DNA from: Octopus vulgaris | Lineage: Eukaryota | Length of the DNA stretch: 64,000 nucleotides | NCBI GenBank assembly: GCA_951406725.2 | Contig: OX597820.1 | Coordinates: 91,512,001 to 91,576,000, forward strand | Direction: 5' to 3' | Part shown: positions 39,098 to 53,172 of the stretch, piece after piece | How positions within the stretch are numbered: position 1 is the stretch's first letter | Layout: each line of letters begins with the position of its first letter | The notes under the pieces: model-generated | The model's input: the letters and a program-made list of their open reading frames with translations, nothing else | Told to the model about the DNA's origin: nothing | Databases searched by the model: none | Program-made: the position numbers and the translations under genes

Positions 39098-39734
39098 GAA
39101 ACATTTACATGTGGGCGCGTGCACTTACGTAAATTATTGATTGTATGCAAATATATAGAATACGTGTGCATACCTTTGAATATATTTATATACAACTTGG
39201 TTTGTAATATTACCTAAGGTAAATTCCGTAAACTAGACATAACCGATACTTCTACTGCATGAAACAGATATTCTCCTATCAAATATATCCAATATACTCT
39301 CTAATGCATTCATGGCATTTTTTGTTCAACTTCCCAGTTTGACATAATAGCGTTTGCATTGAATATTGTGTTCTATGATTGGGCATATTCTAACGTGCAG
39401 AACATTCCGTTTTTGTGTATATTTTTCTTCCAATGTTGCTTACTTTCCATTTCTGATATTTTTCTGTTGCGTAAACGGAATATATATTAATATTTCCTTT
39501 AATGTTAAAAATGTTTCAATCTGCTTTCCAATAAATTTCCTGTGTATTCATCTCTAATGTCGTCAAGTTCAGGTATGTTTATATAAAATCATTTAAGTAG
39601 ATATCACTGAGAATATATGAACGTTAGTTTGCGCTTGCATTAAACTCGAGAATATATTTCAACTTTGGTCACTTCTTAACAAACCCATGAATATAACTGT
39701 ATAATATGCATTGTGAGTTAGTACGTTTGTGGGT

Positions 39735-39945
39735 TTACTCTTTACTCTTTTAATTGTTTCAGTCATTTGACGGTGGCAATGCTGGAGCACCGCCTTTAGT
39801 CGAGCAAATCGACCCCAGGACTTATTCTTTGTAAGCCTAGTTCTTATTCTATCGGTCTCTTTTGCTGAACCGCTAAGTTACGGCGACGTAAACACACCAG
39901 CATCGTTTGTCAAGCGATGTTGGGGGTACAAACACAGATACACAA

Positions 39946-40018
<73 letters not shown>

Positions 40019-40180
40019 CGTATATACGACGGGCTTCTTTCCGTTTCCGTCTACCAAATTCACTCACAAGGCTTTGGTCGACCCGAGGCTATAGTAGAAG
40101 ACACTTGCCCAAGTTAGCTCGCAGTGGGACTGAACCCGGAACCATGTGGTTGGTAAACAAGCTACTTACCACACAGCCAC
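39735..40180 (-). mobile_element. SINE family B copy with expanded internal (CA)n(TA)n
   Basis: Highly similar to 15380-15773. Confidence 0.93.
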
Positions 40181-40825
40181 AGGTTGTTATGGAGGAATAT
40201 ATAACACGGAGTAAGGGGAATGATTGAGTGAATTAAAATATTGGTTGAGGGCAATGGAACCATTTTAAGAGGAATCGCGGGTAAATAAGAGAGAGGTTTG
40301 TGTCATGAAGAAAAAAATTAAATGGTGACTACCTTCATATAGCCTCACACACATACATTACACATGCGTATAATCGCACGCGTCTATCCGTGACAGTGTG
40401 CTTGTGGTATGTGGTGTGCATTACATATATATATATATATATATATATACGTATATATATATATGTCCACGCACACACGCACACAATTACATGATGTAAT
40501 GTTGCATGCATTAGCGGAAGCAGAATTATATTACTGATACGTAATAGTCTATTTCTGGAAATCGAAATTTCCTAGCAGAATACAATGAGATTTCTCCAAG
40601 GTGCATACGGCATGCATTAAATTCTATTTGATAAATAAACGATTTCTTAATCATGATCGTGGTGAAAAATTTACTTGCTTGTTTTGTTCTTCATCCAACC
40701 GTCAGTTTCCTGTTATCTAACTCTGTAAAGAAACTGTAGACATTATTTTATATACACATCCCAGGAATATTATTCGTAAGCAAATTGGGTAGAAAGGAGG
40801 AATAATCTATTGGTATAACATTTAT

Positions 40826-41010
40826 ATATCTTTTATCTGTTGTTCCAGTCTCTGGATTGCTGCTATTGTGGGGCGCCACCTTCAAGGGTTTTAGTGGAAC
40901 CATGTGTACCATAGGATTTATATATTTTGAATTCCGGTATTTATACTAAGTAAACCTACATCGATTCTCAAGAATTTGGTGGAGATAACACAATGATAAA
41001 AGCACACATA
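40826..41010 (-). mobile_element. degenerate 3' part of a family B-related SINE
   Basis: CTTTTATCTGTTGTTCCAGTC...GGGCGCCACCTTCAAGGG resembles the family B 3' end. Confidence 0.5.
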
Positions 41011-41153
41011 TGCATACATGCTGGTCTTATGCCAAAATTTGAAATCAATATTTATTTTTACGTTATCATTTAATTTAAAATACCTTTTATATTATATCAT
41101 TCTTTCGCATGTAATGCATATTTTCGCATTTCTCCCAAACACTGAGAAAGCAA

Positions 41154-41169
41154 AATAATAATAATAATA

Positions 41170-41229
<60 letters not shown>
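41154..41229. repeat. (TAA)n microsatellite
   Basis: Direct inspection. Confidence 0.95.
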
Positions 41230-41230
<1 letters not shown>

Positions 41231-42699
41231 TAAAATGACAATGAAGCAAAAACTGATTTTTAAAATATACTGAGGGAATTTCAATGCCAAAGAAAAAGGA
41301 ACCAACAGTACCGAAGTCTATAAGTCAATAATTATCTTTAGCCGTGTTATCAACAACCAGTTTATAGTTGTCACATCGACTCAATTTTGCGCCAAATTGT
41401 GTATATTTTTATGAAGTAGAAATAAGCGTAAATATATATATAAAAGAATACGCGTTCTGATGGACCCTATTTATACACACACATATAATAACACTGATTT
41501 TGTAAACATGCATACATTTTACATACAAATATATATTATATGCACAAGCAATTTCTAAATATTATTCCTTTCATAGCTCATATGTGGTAGTGTATAAACG
41601 AGGGACAAATATGAAATTTCAGTTATTTCATCAATGGAGTTAAAAGATTGAAACCTTGAATCAATTATAAACGGGCTATACTATTGAATATACGTGGGTG
41701 TTAAGAAATTAATTTCCAGCGGTAGAATAATTTAAATAGTTTTAGCATTGCGTGATGTATACAGTACTTAAATTATAAAATGTATTAACGAAGAAAAAGT
41801 GTTATTTAATTGCTTGTTTATAATTTGATTCATTTTTTGAGAGTAAACACTAAAATGAAATGGAAATTTTAATGACTTAGAGGCTGGAGTTTCTTTTATT
41901 TACTTTTTGTTCGTGATTTGGACAACCATTAGCTTCAGATTAAAGGTCGAGGAAAAGACGCCAGTTCCAAGTTATTATCACGTGATCAAGAAAAGAATTC
42001 GATAACATCTTCATTGTATTTATCTGCAACGAAAAATCGTTTATTATTTTTTTTTCTTTTATTCAATGTTCTTTGTATTTGAATATCATAAAACTTTTCC
42101 AATTATGAATCTGCTGACGATTACTTTGATTACAGCTGATTACAGCTGACCTATTGGAACATCATTAACGAGTAATTTTAAAGTGTAAAAACTAACTTCT
42201 GTATTATTGTAATAAATTTATAATAAAAGCTATTTTGCTTGAGTTTTATAGATGACGTTTACTTATTGAATACATTCATACGTAGTGTAACTCATTAGTA
42301 CACAATATAAAGTGTACAAAATATATCGAAATGCTTCAAATCTATGAATTAATATACTTGACTTTTCAATACACTCACTTGCATTTATATTCAAAGCAAC
42401 GATTTGAGAATGATATGATAGGGCTGAAATAGAAAAAGATGGAATTCTGTTTAAACAGACATGAAATCATGAAATGTTTTAACTACTTTTGAACAGTAAG
42501 AGGTAACAATTAACAAGGTATTAGTAGTAGCAGCTGTGGAATATCGCAGTATTACAACTATTTGTATTATGATTTTAATGGAGTGAAATTATCATATTCT
42601 TCCACAAAGCACTCGGACACTATTATAACAACACGAATAAATATGGTGATAAGTCATTAAAACAATCTATCTGCTTCTCTCTTTCATTTACCAGTCTGT

Positions 42700-42738
42700 C
42701 CGTCTCTGTCTTTCTATCTCTCTCCCCCCTCTCTCTCA

Positions 42739-42770
<32 letters not shown>

Positions 42771-43076
42771 GCACATGTATATATATATATGTATATATAT
42801 GTGTGTATATGTATATAAATATATATATAATATATATATATATAATGTATATATATATATGTGCTTGTATACATATATATACACACATACATATACAAAG
42901 CCCACACATTAAAACCTTGTGTAAGTACTGTGGATGACGTCAGGTAGACATAGACAGTCAATGTACTTCATCGGCTACTAGTAACACCCAATATTAGAGA
43001 ATTACTTATTCATACATATATACAAACACACACACATACACACACATATACATATATATACATATATATACACTCT

Positions 43077-43118
<42 letters not shown>

Positions 43119-43230
43119 CCTATATATATATATACATATATATTTATACATATATATTTTTACTATACAAACACATATACACCAACATACACACACACAA
43201 ACACACACACACATATATGTATATATAAAG
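42700..43230. repeat. compound (CT)/(TA)/(CA) microsatellite tracts
   Basis: Direct inspection. Confidence 0.9.
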
Positions 43231-44989
43231 TAAAACTTTTCGTTTAAGGATTTAAGGAGTTTTTGCCCATGTGTTGAATTGTAATGAAAAATTTAAGAAG
43301 GAAAATGCACAGAATGTATATATTCTTTCATCAGGTAAAATTATAACATAGTCAACCGGTTCCGCTTTTGCTAAGTATGCCAACGAAATTAGTGTAAGTA
43401 TTATAAAGTCATGTTATCGTAAGAAGTTTTTCATCCTTATTAGTAGCAGGAAAGTTCTTTTGTAAATGATTCAGCAGGTAAACAAATATAAAGGAAGCTT
43501 ATTAGTGATTGCAATTATTAGAAGCAGGTGCGGTAGTTACAATTTTGGGGGCTGGGTGGGGCGGTAAATTGACTGTATTTACATTGAGAAGTCATAAATT
43601 CCTCGTGCATTTGTCTCTCTGTGGCTTTTTAGAGAGGCAATTACATAACAATGAACATATAATGTTTATATACATTTTCTTTATATTTACATATCACTGA
43701 AATTCCATCCCTTTCAGCCTTTTGCAGTGTCGATATCGTAATAACGACTGCAAATTTTAACGAAAGTTTTTTAAAATTTTTGGTTGAATAAGATTTAGGA
43801 AGTTTCTATAGCAAACGTCCAAGTCTATTTGGGGGGCATTGAATTGAATATGACAAATATTTATTCGAAATAGGAAAGACAATATTAAATCTATGCAGCA
43901 GTTATGTAATACAAAGACGAATTTGTTCCAAAGAACAGTTTTTTACCTACAAGTCTAGTTTCCTGTATTTGTTGAGACGCGTGGAAACTTTACCTCAAGC
44001 CATCGAAACTATATCTTTATGACATGTTGCTAACACAAATCCCCCAAAATTAATTCTGATAGCAGATTTGTGGAACTATCTGTGAAACTGAGTCATTTCG
44101 AGGATGGTCCACGAATAAACAGGGTAACAGTAAAGGTTTTAGTTATACCAAAATGTATGAGATCAACCATTAGTGGATTCCAGGCTCTACATACTTTTGA
44201 AATGCTTATTTATACTTGAAACAAGTATTATAGAGGGTGAGAAATCGGGTTTATCATGATCCAGAATTATCCTTCAGAAGCAACAATTTTAATGCCGCAA
44301 ACACTCCAGAAAAAATCTCTCGTTTCGGTCTTCAAAAGTCATGTTCTAACTACTTCGGTAGAAGCTAATCATCGATTTCCTACATAAAAAGAAGAGTTAA
44401 ACGCATTTTTTAACATAGCTATTTCCAAGCTACGAGCTTGATTTACGGCTGAACGCGTTTGTTTTACAGCTGACACCATGGCTACGATATTATTTTCCAG
44501 CAACCCTGGTCCATCTACAGAAATGAATCTGGTATATGAAATACATCCGCAGGATATTTCTATCAGTAGTAGTGCTTTTGATGTTAGCCATAAGGTGGAT
44601 TTCTGAAAAAATCTTACGTATTCCACAGCAGATTCTATGGTAAATTGTTTGAAAAGGTAGCTCTTCTGTTATTAGGTGCCTAAAAACTAGAGCCTTTCAT
44701 CCCTAAAACGTCTATTACAAAGGCCAGTCATGGAAAGTATGTGAAGCTACAGCAGCTATGAGTACCGAGTTGTAAATTTTAAAGGCACAGTCGATGTCCT
44801 GTACTGCTGACTACAAATAAGGATGAATTAAATGCAATATTAAGATGAAAATCAGCCTACGAGCGAACTAATATAAAGATAGGCTTTTATTCACCAAACA
44901 TTTTTCTGAAAAACGATCAATTGCGAAATGTTAAGATACGACTGTTTTTATTATACCATGAGCGTAGTAGTGCACAGGGCCTCTCGGCT

Positions 44990-47640
44990 CAGCTTCCTCA
45001 ATCCTGGAGAGGAATTAAGGAATTTGTATGTCCTGAGAGTTTCGAGGAGAAAACGCTGCTGAATTTGCCGCAAGATACAGATCCGAGATTTATTCAGTCG
45101 GAAAGGTTTTGAACATTATACTGAACAACATTCTGAAGGGCTACGCCACCAGCAAGATCAGACCATAGCGAAAGTGGTATACCCGGTATACCAAGATACC
45201 GTTTGTGTGAATTAAAGCAAAACCAACAAACAGATCAGCCCTAGCGGGAGGTAGCATTATTGAGGAGAGAGCCAAGTGGTTTTAAACTAACATATGGAGT
45301 TACGAAGAAACATGATCTAGCTTTGCTAAGCAGAGTCACTACGGATAAAAAGCAGAGAGAGAAGGGGAGGTGTTGGAAGGTCTTTTCTAAAAATCCCTTC
45401 CAGTCCCCGGTGACCTTCTCGGAAAGCCGAAAATTAATATGCTCAAAAGGGTAGATAGCAGAATAGTTGTAGAGTATGTCGACCCCAGAGGGAGCATTCC
45501 ATGAGGTGACTCACTTTCCTTAACCATTGCTGAAATCCTACACCTCCTTCGATATGGTAAGCTTCGCTTTCACATAAAGATATGCTTTCATTCACTAACG
45601 ATTCTGAGGTGAGTGCAGTGGAGGTGAAATCCTTGGGAATTTCTGCTCCATAACCATTTATCAACATGTATAGCATTTACAAAAATGTCCCACTAATATT
45701 AAGGAACGTAGCAAAACGTTTACGTTTGATCAGGAAAAGCAAAAAGGCACCGGACACTCGCTAAGAAGTGTTTTGTCCCCAGTAAACAAGTAAACTCATC
45801 AGGACATGATCAGTTTCGTGAGATCTCTCAACGTTAAGAGGAAGATTTTTTTAGGCCATCATTGCCAAAAACTAACGTTACATGTCTTGACCAACGAGAA
45901 AAGCAACAGAAAGTATCCAGAAAGAAGAAATTCCAAGCTGCTTTGGATGTTTCAGCAGCGATCCGACATATCATTATGGACGCAAGAAAGAATAACAACT
46001 TACTTGGTTGGTTAGATCTTGCCAAGGAGTACCCAAGCGTGCCTCACCAGAGAATCCAAAGTACATTGGAATTCTATCAATTAACTACATGTGTAGTCAG
46101 ACTTATTAGCCCCGTCACAGATTGACTGAGGTTCAATGTAGGAAATTTCACTAATATGAGTCATCAATTGGAAATAAGCGTACGGCTGAGTGCATAATTT
46201 CTGTTCTGTGGTGCTGTTTGTGTCGGCCATGGTCTCACTGCTAGAGGTAGGAAGGTGACAGTTGAGTTGTCTCGAAACTGACAGAAACACAAGAAATCCA
46301 GTTTGCAAGGAGTAACGATTATGACATCATCAATCGAAGGAATACAACAGATATTGAGTTCGCTGGAAAAGACGTCAACCCAGCGAAATCTTCGAGCTTC
46401 AATATACTTAAAAGAAAGCCTGCTGTTAGGGGAAAGTTACTATCATACCACTAAAGATATAAACGATACTGAATACACAAAACATTTCAAGGCAACAGGT
46501 TAAGGATAGTTGATAAAAGCCAGCTCCTTATATTGTTCGAAGTATGATGCTTTCAGTATAGTAGTGGCCATCATTGCTTTACAACGTTTTGCTTTACCAC
46601 TTAGATAGAAAGAAAGGAAATGCGGTGCAGTATGTTCATGTGAATGTCAGCTCAGTCAATCTGTAAAGCAAGACCTCTGAGCTCCGTGAACCAATTTACA
46701 CAAAGCCACAAAGGCAACAGCAATCATTTCCAGATTGCTTCTGCTTGAGGATGTGGAAGTCAGATACACCCAGACCATATAGTTTGGCAGAAAATGGAAA
46801 CCCCATGAGGCTGTGAAGGAAGGAGAGACATGCTGAAATCACCAGAATGCTGATGTAGTCTGGCAAGGACGACTAGGACTTGATAATTACAACACCAAGA
46901 AGAGAGCAATACGAATAACAAGATTAAGTGAGAGCTTGTAGTGCAAAAGATCCGTGATGCAGCCGAGGAGGATCACTGAGTGGAGGCAGTAGCGCTTTCC
47001 CACCATACTCAATAGATGTAGTGGGATCAGGCAACTGATTACTCCCTGTATTGGAAGTAACTCTAGAGCACTGAAGAGGGAAGATTGTTCTCTTCTTCGT
47101 GCTATTACATAACTCTTGCCAACACCAAACAACCTTAAAACATCGGGTGAAACAAAAGACCCGTCCTAAAAGCAGTGCGGAGTAATACTTCACACACTGA
47201 ACCCCGTTTTGAACGAATGCCCTAGGGCACTAATAGAAGGCCGATAGGAGAGTAACCATATCAAGTTTCTTTCAGAAATTGCCCAGTCGGCTTCTAGGAT
47301 GAAGTCTAATAAACATTAGCTAACATCATGAAATGTTATTGAATTCTTAAAGGAGGACGACAAGGCTCACAAGGCGAAATCAATTGTAGGGTCCTGTTTT
47401 CTGTTTTGCGTTCAACTTCAGACTAGGGGAGGCAAGTGCACCTGACGGTCAAACTAGCCTCCTCAGCGGAGATAGTGGTAACACCATTGCGACTAGACAT
47501 TCCTGTACTCTAGGAATGCAAAAAACAAACATCTTTGTCTATCGAACTCACAGGGCCCTGGGAGGTCAAACTCGATATTTCCCACCAGGTAAATAAATCA
47601 AAATAGCAGGACTACTGCTGCTGTTGCTGCTGATGCTACA

Positions 47641-47704
<64 letters not shown>

Positions 47705-48070
47705 TTAAGCACACACACAAGCATACATTCACACATACAAACATTTACATGTGGCTTCATTATACAAACATTTGCGTGGCTTCATTATCAAAGGATGGGA
47801 TGTGACCTCACTCCCTATTGAAGTCGACTGCTGCTGCTCTCTATCTAGATCAGTGTGCTATTTCATGCGGAAGATTGGTCCGGAACGCAGATACCGAAGA
47901 CAGCCATTAATGAAATAGGAGACTAGATCAATATGGCTATGATTGACAGGATTTCACAAGCAGAAACATTTAGTAGGTGAAGACTACTAGCTCAGTCCTC
48001 GCTTCATTACCCAGGCAAAGCGTACAGGTTAAGGGGAGAAACGCATGTAACCTGCTGACGATACGGAAGT
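44990..48070 (+). mobile_element. decayed RLE non-LTR retrotransposon, Hero/NeSL-like (RT, zinc knuckle, REL endonuclease)
   Basis: KQREKGRCWKVFSKNPF (pre-RT); QFREIS..NVKRKIF; IRHIIMDARKNNNLLGWLDLAKEYPSVPHQRIQSTLEFY (RT); KQCG..HTLNPVLNECPRALIEGR (knuckle); TPLRLDI...IELTGPWEVKLDISHQVNKSK*QD, then after an insertion KGWDVTSLPIEVDC. Many stops and frameshifts; the 5' boundary is approximate. Confidence 0.9.
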
Positions 48071-49009
48071 GTTTCCTGCATTGCAATAGATTTAGAAGAT
48101 CTTTCAAAACCTGTCAGTACCTCCTGCAATTTCTGCTTGGAGCAAAGCATCTCTAATGTTTATTCCACCAATTAAACACATCCTTTTGAGAGAACACTCA
48201 GTTACAAAATTTTAAGACAACACAACCATTATTATTGTTTTTCTAATAGCAAGAAATTGTCAGTTTCTATTTCACATTATTGTTACAAACTTTCATTGTC
48301 TATGATATATATTGCTGTGATAATCGGAGATCCTAATTTTTTTTTCACCTAAATCAAGCTGAATTTCCAGTTCATTTTTTGTTGACAATCCTTAGAGCGA
48401 TTTTCACATTTTAAAGTTTCCGACACTGGTGAATATTTGCGTAGTCACATATAGTTTGCTAAAATCCATAGTATACTGCTACATTTAGATGGCAAACTAT
48501 CCAGTGGATTATTATTATTTTTTTTATTTTGATCATGAGTTCAATCCTAGTCTGAGCACAATGTACATAAATATGGTACGAAATGACCTAATAATTCAAC
48601 AGAGATTAAACTGCCTGAATAATATTTTGCTGATTAGAAACAAATTTAAAACTTGAGAATGTTCTTTCAAGTTTTATCTTTGTTCGGTTCATGAATTACA
48701 CAATTACACGTAATTAATAGATTATCGAAAGTTATAGATTACGAATAAATATTTTAGTTGTTTCAATAAAGATAAGTTATATAGGTTTTCTATAATAGAT
48801 ATTCTGTCATCCGTTTTAACTTTGTTTCTAAACGGTCTTGCTGGGTTCCTTGTTCCCGAAACAAAAAATACACAATAAGAAGTACGGGAGTAGATACCCT
48901 CCTCACACAACTTTGGGATCAAATATTTTTAAAAACGAGACGTTCTTATAGATGAGAAGGTATTCATTAAAAATTAGTGTGATTATTCTAATTCAACTCA
49001 TAGATGCTG

Positions 49010-49140
49010 ATGTTCAAAATTTGGCACACTTCAACTCATAGATATTGTAGTTATTTCATCGACCGTGAAAGGATGAAAGGCAAAATCGACATCGGCGGAA
49101 TTTGAACGCTGAACGTAAAAATGGACGAAATTCCGCTGTG
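49010..49140 (-). mobile_element. partial SINE family A
   Basis: GAAAGGATGAAAGGCAAAATCGACATCGGCGGAATTTGAAC. Confidence 0.8.
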
Positions 49141-50849
49141 CTCGATTCTGTGCTCGACTTATTCAGTTCATAAATATTAACGTTTTGTCACCAATGTTTC
49201 CGCTAACATTAGCAATACGTTTTTACACGTATGTCCACAAGGACATACGTTCGCAATGGCATAAGTGAATATATTTCGGTTTTATATCTTGAGCGAGAGA
49301 AACGTATAATTATAACTATTAGTTAAATATTCGCAGATGATTTAATATTATTTAAGAATTAATTATGTTTCAATCCCTGAAGGTATACAGTTGGGAATTA
49401 CAGTAACCTGAGTGAATTTATAATCAGCACACCAATGGAATGCATGCTGCAATAGAAGAACGGTTGAAGAAAAAATGTATATATCACATTCAGTTTTGTT
49501 TTAACCCAGGACCTACCTGGTATTCACGCGAAGTATTTAATATCTATTACCTTTCTTATTATCAATCTAATTTACACATCTTGAAATACATGGAACTCGA
49601 GACTGAAATTCATACAACGTTGATGTTTAATTTTTACAGATATTGAAAATTTAACAAGCCAGGGTACATACATATTGGAAAATTTTGTTTATATGGCATT
49701 TATAAAACAGCCTTGATGAATCTATGTCAATAGGTCGTTTTGCCGTTGTGAAAGTTACGACAATGCAGCTGGAATTATGCCCAATCATGTACACGAATTA
49801 CGAACTTAAGAATTCATATAACACAAGAATGAGTTGAGGAATAATTTAATATATATCTGAAGAAAATATTCTTAGTATTTAATAATAGTCTTGTAACATG
49901 ATGAAGGGATGCTCTTCGATAATTTCAAATTATCACGTCTGGCTTTGGAAAGTCAGTTGCCGATGTGTACGTAAAACAATGTAGTGTGAAAAGTCACTAT
50001 CGTATTTACACCCGTTTTAAAAAGTACACTGTGAGAAGAATGACAGAGAGATCTATTCAAATATAATTGCACTTGATGTTTACCAGATTAGAGTATTTTG
50101 TGCTCCCTTTGAGCTGCAAAGTAAATAGATGATCAGCCATTTACGCATATTTCACAGGAGTGAATAGACTGGATTATTAGACGGGTTAGCAACTTGAATG
50201 ATATGCGTTACTCAATATTCCCTTAATATAAATTTAAAAGCTGTTCTATAGCTTTTGTGTGCATTAGTTTGCATAAACCTGTATATAATATATAAGGAAA
50301 ATGACAGCTATATATGTATGTGACATTCGTTATAGTCTCTAATGCAATTTATGGAAGTTTTGTATGTGACGTGAAGAACAATTTGAGAGATTAAACAATG
50401 TAGCATGTATATATATATTTAGGAAGTCAACGAATATATTTTCTTGAATTCTTTTGTTCTGTCGAGAACTTGACTTCGTCAGTAACACTTATAGTATGGG
50501 TTCAGTCCTTTTCATATAAGTGTTGTTCGATAATCGAAATGCTAATTTTAAAATATTGAACATTTGGGATCACGTTGTTTATATTCTTTGGAAAGTTGAT
50601 TTCAAAAGCACATCAGTAACATTTACACTACGCTTCGTAGACGTTAATTGACACATTGAGGCGTATATAGATATAGAAGTATTTTTGTTATTCATTATCT
50701 TTTTGATTTCCTAGTTCTTTTTCGCTGCAAATATTAGTTTCTTAGCACAAATGTACATATCAATCAGACTTCTTTACACGATGTTTGTGTTTAGATATTT
50801 GGTATGATATGAGCAGACCAATTTGAAATATTAAACGATATTAATAACC

Positions 50850-50961
50850 TTTCGAGCCTACGCTCTTCTACAGAAAGGGACACAGAAAAAAAGGAGAGAA
50901 ACAAAGGAGAGAAAAATGTGTGTAGTGGCTACCGATCTATCATAGCGACTGCCGGGCAGCG

Positions 50962-50964
<3 letters not shown>
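50850..50964 (-). mobile_element. short element next to (TA)n with the 5' half of a minimal hammerhead; same family as 36227-36344
   Basis: Minus: CTTT CTGTAGA A GAGC GTAG GCTC GAAA, truncated after GAAA; abuts (TA)n 50964-51008. Confidence 0.6.
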
Positions 50965-51012
<48 letters not shown>

Positions 51013-52129
51013 TCATCCATAGAATATGTAACTGAAATGTAAAATTCAAAAATATATTGTGTCCAATAAATCTGTGTCTGTAGGATTTTAGACTTGACAC
51101 TAAATTAGTAGACCAACCATTCCAATTTGTGATGGCTGTTACCGAATATTTTTAAATGAAAGTATAGAAAGACATTGTTCGTTACCACCGTTTTTATTGA
51201 CACTATATACAGATGATTCTAAAATATTTTTGAATTGATTAATATCATTCTATGCTGATAGGAACAGCAGAAATTGTAGGAAAATATCTGTACGAAGAAA
51301 ATTTCAAAGGTCATGACCAGGTCAATGACATATTATATAAAATAAATCATACTATAACAACTTAAACAGTTCTCTTTAGCCAGCAGGAAGCAAGTGGGAT
51401 GCAAATAAATATTTAAGCCAGGTCGTCGCAAAAATATGATACACTCATGGGGAATTAAATTAAAACCCATTTTGAAAATCCGATTAGAGACCTTTAGCTT
51501 CTCTAACACCAGTAACAGATTTTACATAAACAGAAAGTAACACATATTACTGAAAATCCGTTTTCCCAATAAGAGGTCAAGAATTGCAATGCAGGAATGG
51601 CAAATAGCATGATTTGGCAAAACAAAGGTCCATTGATTTCGTTTCAACACGCTGTCAGTACGCAGAATAGTGTTTTAATTCCAATCAATTTGAAAATTGG
51701 AGAACCGTTTCCATCGAATGTGCGGAAGATTACGAATGTCGTTATAACTTCATATATAATGCTATGCATATGGATGTGCTAATGAGATTTCTATTGATTT
51801 TCTTAAATTGTCTTCTCTTAGCCCAAGTTTTGTTTAGGGAACGACAACATGGTATTATGTGCGTTCATGTATCTGTGCGTCTGTGTATGTTGTTATAACA
51901 AAGTCAACTAAATAAGGAAATCTTGAAGTCATTTAATACGTTCGTTTCGGGTTTGCATAATAGGTAATACGAAAAGTATATATTACGTAAAACTTTTTGA
52001 CTTTTAACATTTCAAAATATGGTTTGACTACTTAACTTATACGTCTCAATGCCAGTAGAAACTAGCCGTTATATACTCACCTTATGCGGATATTCTGACA
52101 ATGATTCTGAGTCACTTATTACAGTGACA

Positions 52130-52176
52130 CCATGTGTGTGTATGTGTATATATGTATATGTATATGTGTAAATATG

Positions 52177-52229
<53 letters not shown>

Positions 52230-52285
52230 GTGTGTGTGTGTTGCGCGCGCGCGCGTGTGTGTGTATGAGTGTGTGTGTGTGTGTA
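52130..52285. repeat. (TA)/(TG)/(CG) compound microsatellite
   Basis: Direct inspection. Confidence 0.9.
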
Positions 52286-52712
52286 TAAACACTATTTTGG
52301 AACTATCCACTTTTCTGATTTTAAACATATGCAACGATTGTGAGTGTACTCCCGTATTAAAGTGTTGTTTTTCACCATCTCTTCTTCCGGATCCAACAAA
52401 TTCATAGTCAAAGCCGTTTACGCTTGAATTATCTTGTCTTGTGACAGGAATGCATGAATACATAGACTAATGCTTACCAATATATGCATTATATTTCTCT
52501 TTGGCTATACACTCTCCCATCTTCAGGAAGCGTTGATTGGAGAAATCTGCTATTCTAATCACAAATAATTCAATGAATAGATATAAGACACGTAGGAAAC
52601 CTTTGTTAAATTTATTTGCAATAACTCCGCCAATTTCTTTTCATTTACGCAAAAGTAGTAATCATAAATTATTGACACCAATAATTCTAGTTAGTAATAT
52701 GTACATATAAAT

Positions 52713-52784
<72 letters not shown>

Positions 52785-53027
52785 ATATATACATATATAT
52801 GCATATATATATGCATATATATATATACACACATATATATAATACATTTATATATTTATACGTATATATATATACATACAGTTACACACATACACACACA
52901 TAAATATGTATAAATATTTATATATATTACTATATTTATTGTGCATTACATCGACACAGCCAGTGCGACCCCGAAAACCTGGTATCGCCAATTGGCATGA
53001 TTAGTCTATAGCCGGTATGATAGAATA

Positions 53028-53172
53028 TGTCGACTTTGCCTTTCTTCCTTTCGGGGTCGATTAAATAAGTACCAATTACGCACTGGTGTCGATATAATCG
53101 ACTTAATCCATTTGTCTGTCCTTGTTTGTCCTCTCTGTGTTTAGCCCCTTGTGGGTAGTAAAGAAATAGGTA
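53028..53172 (+). mobile_element. 5'-truncated SINE family A
   Basis: GTCGACTTTGCCTTTCTTCCTTTCGGGGTCGATT...GTGGGTAGTAAAGAAATAGG. Confidence 0.88.

Noticed and set aside
50455-50485. Minus CTGACGAA-GTC-loop-GAC hammerhead-like word
   Set aside because: It is followed by AGAAC rather than GAAA and has no stem I or III.
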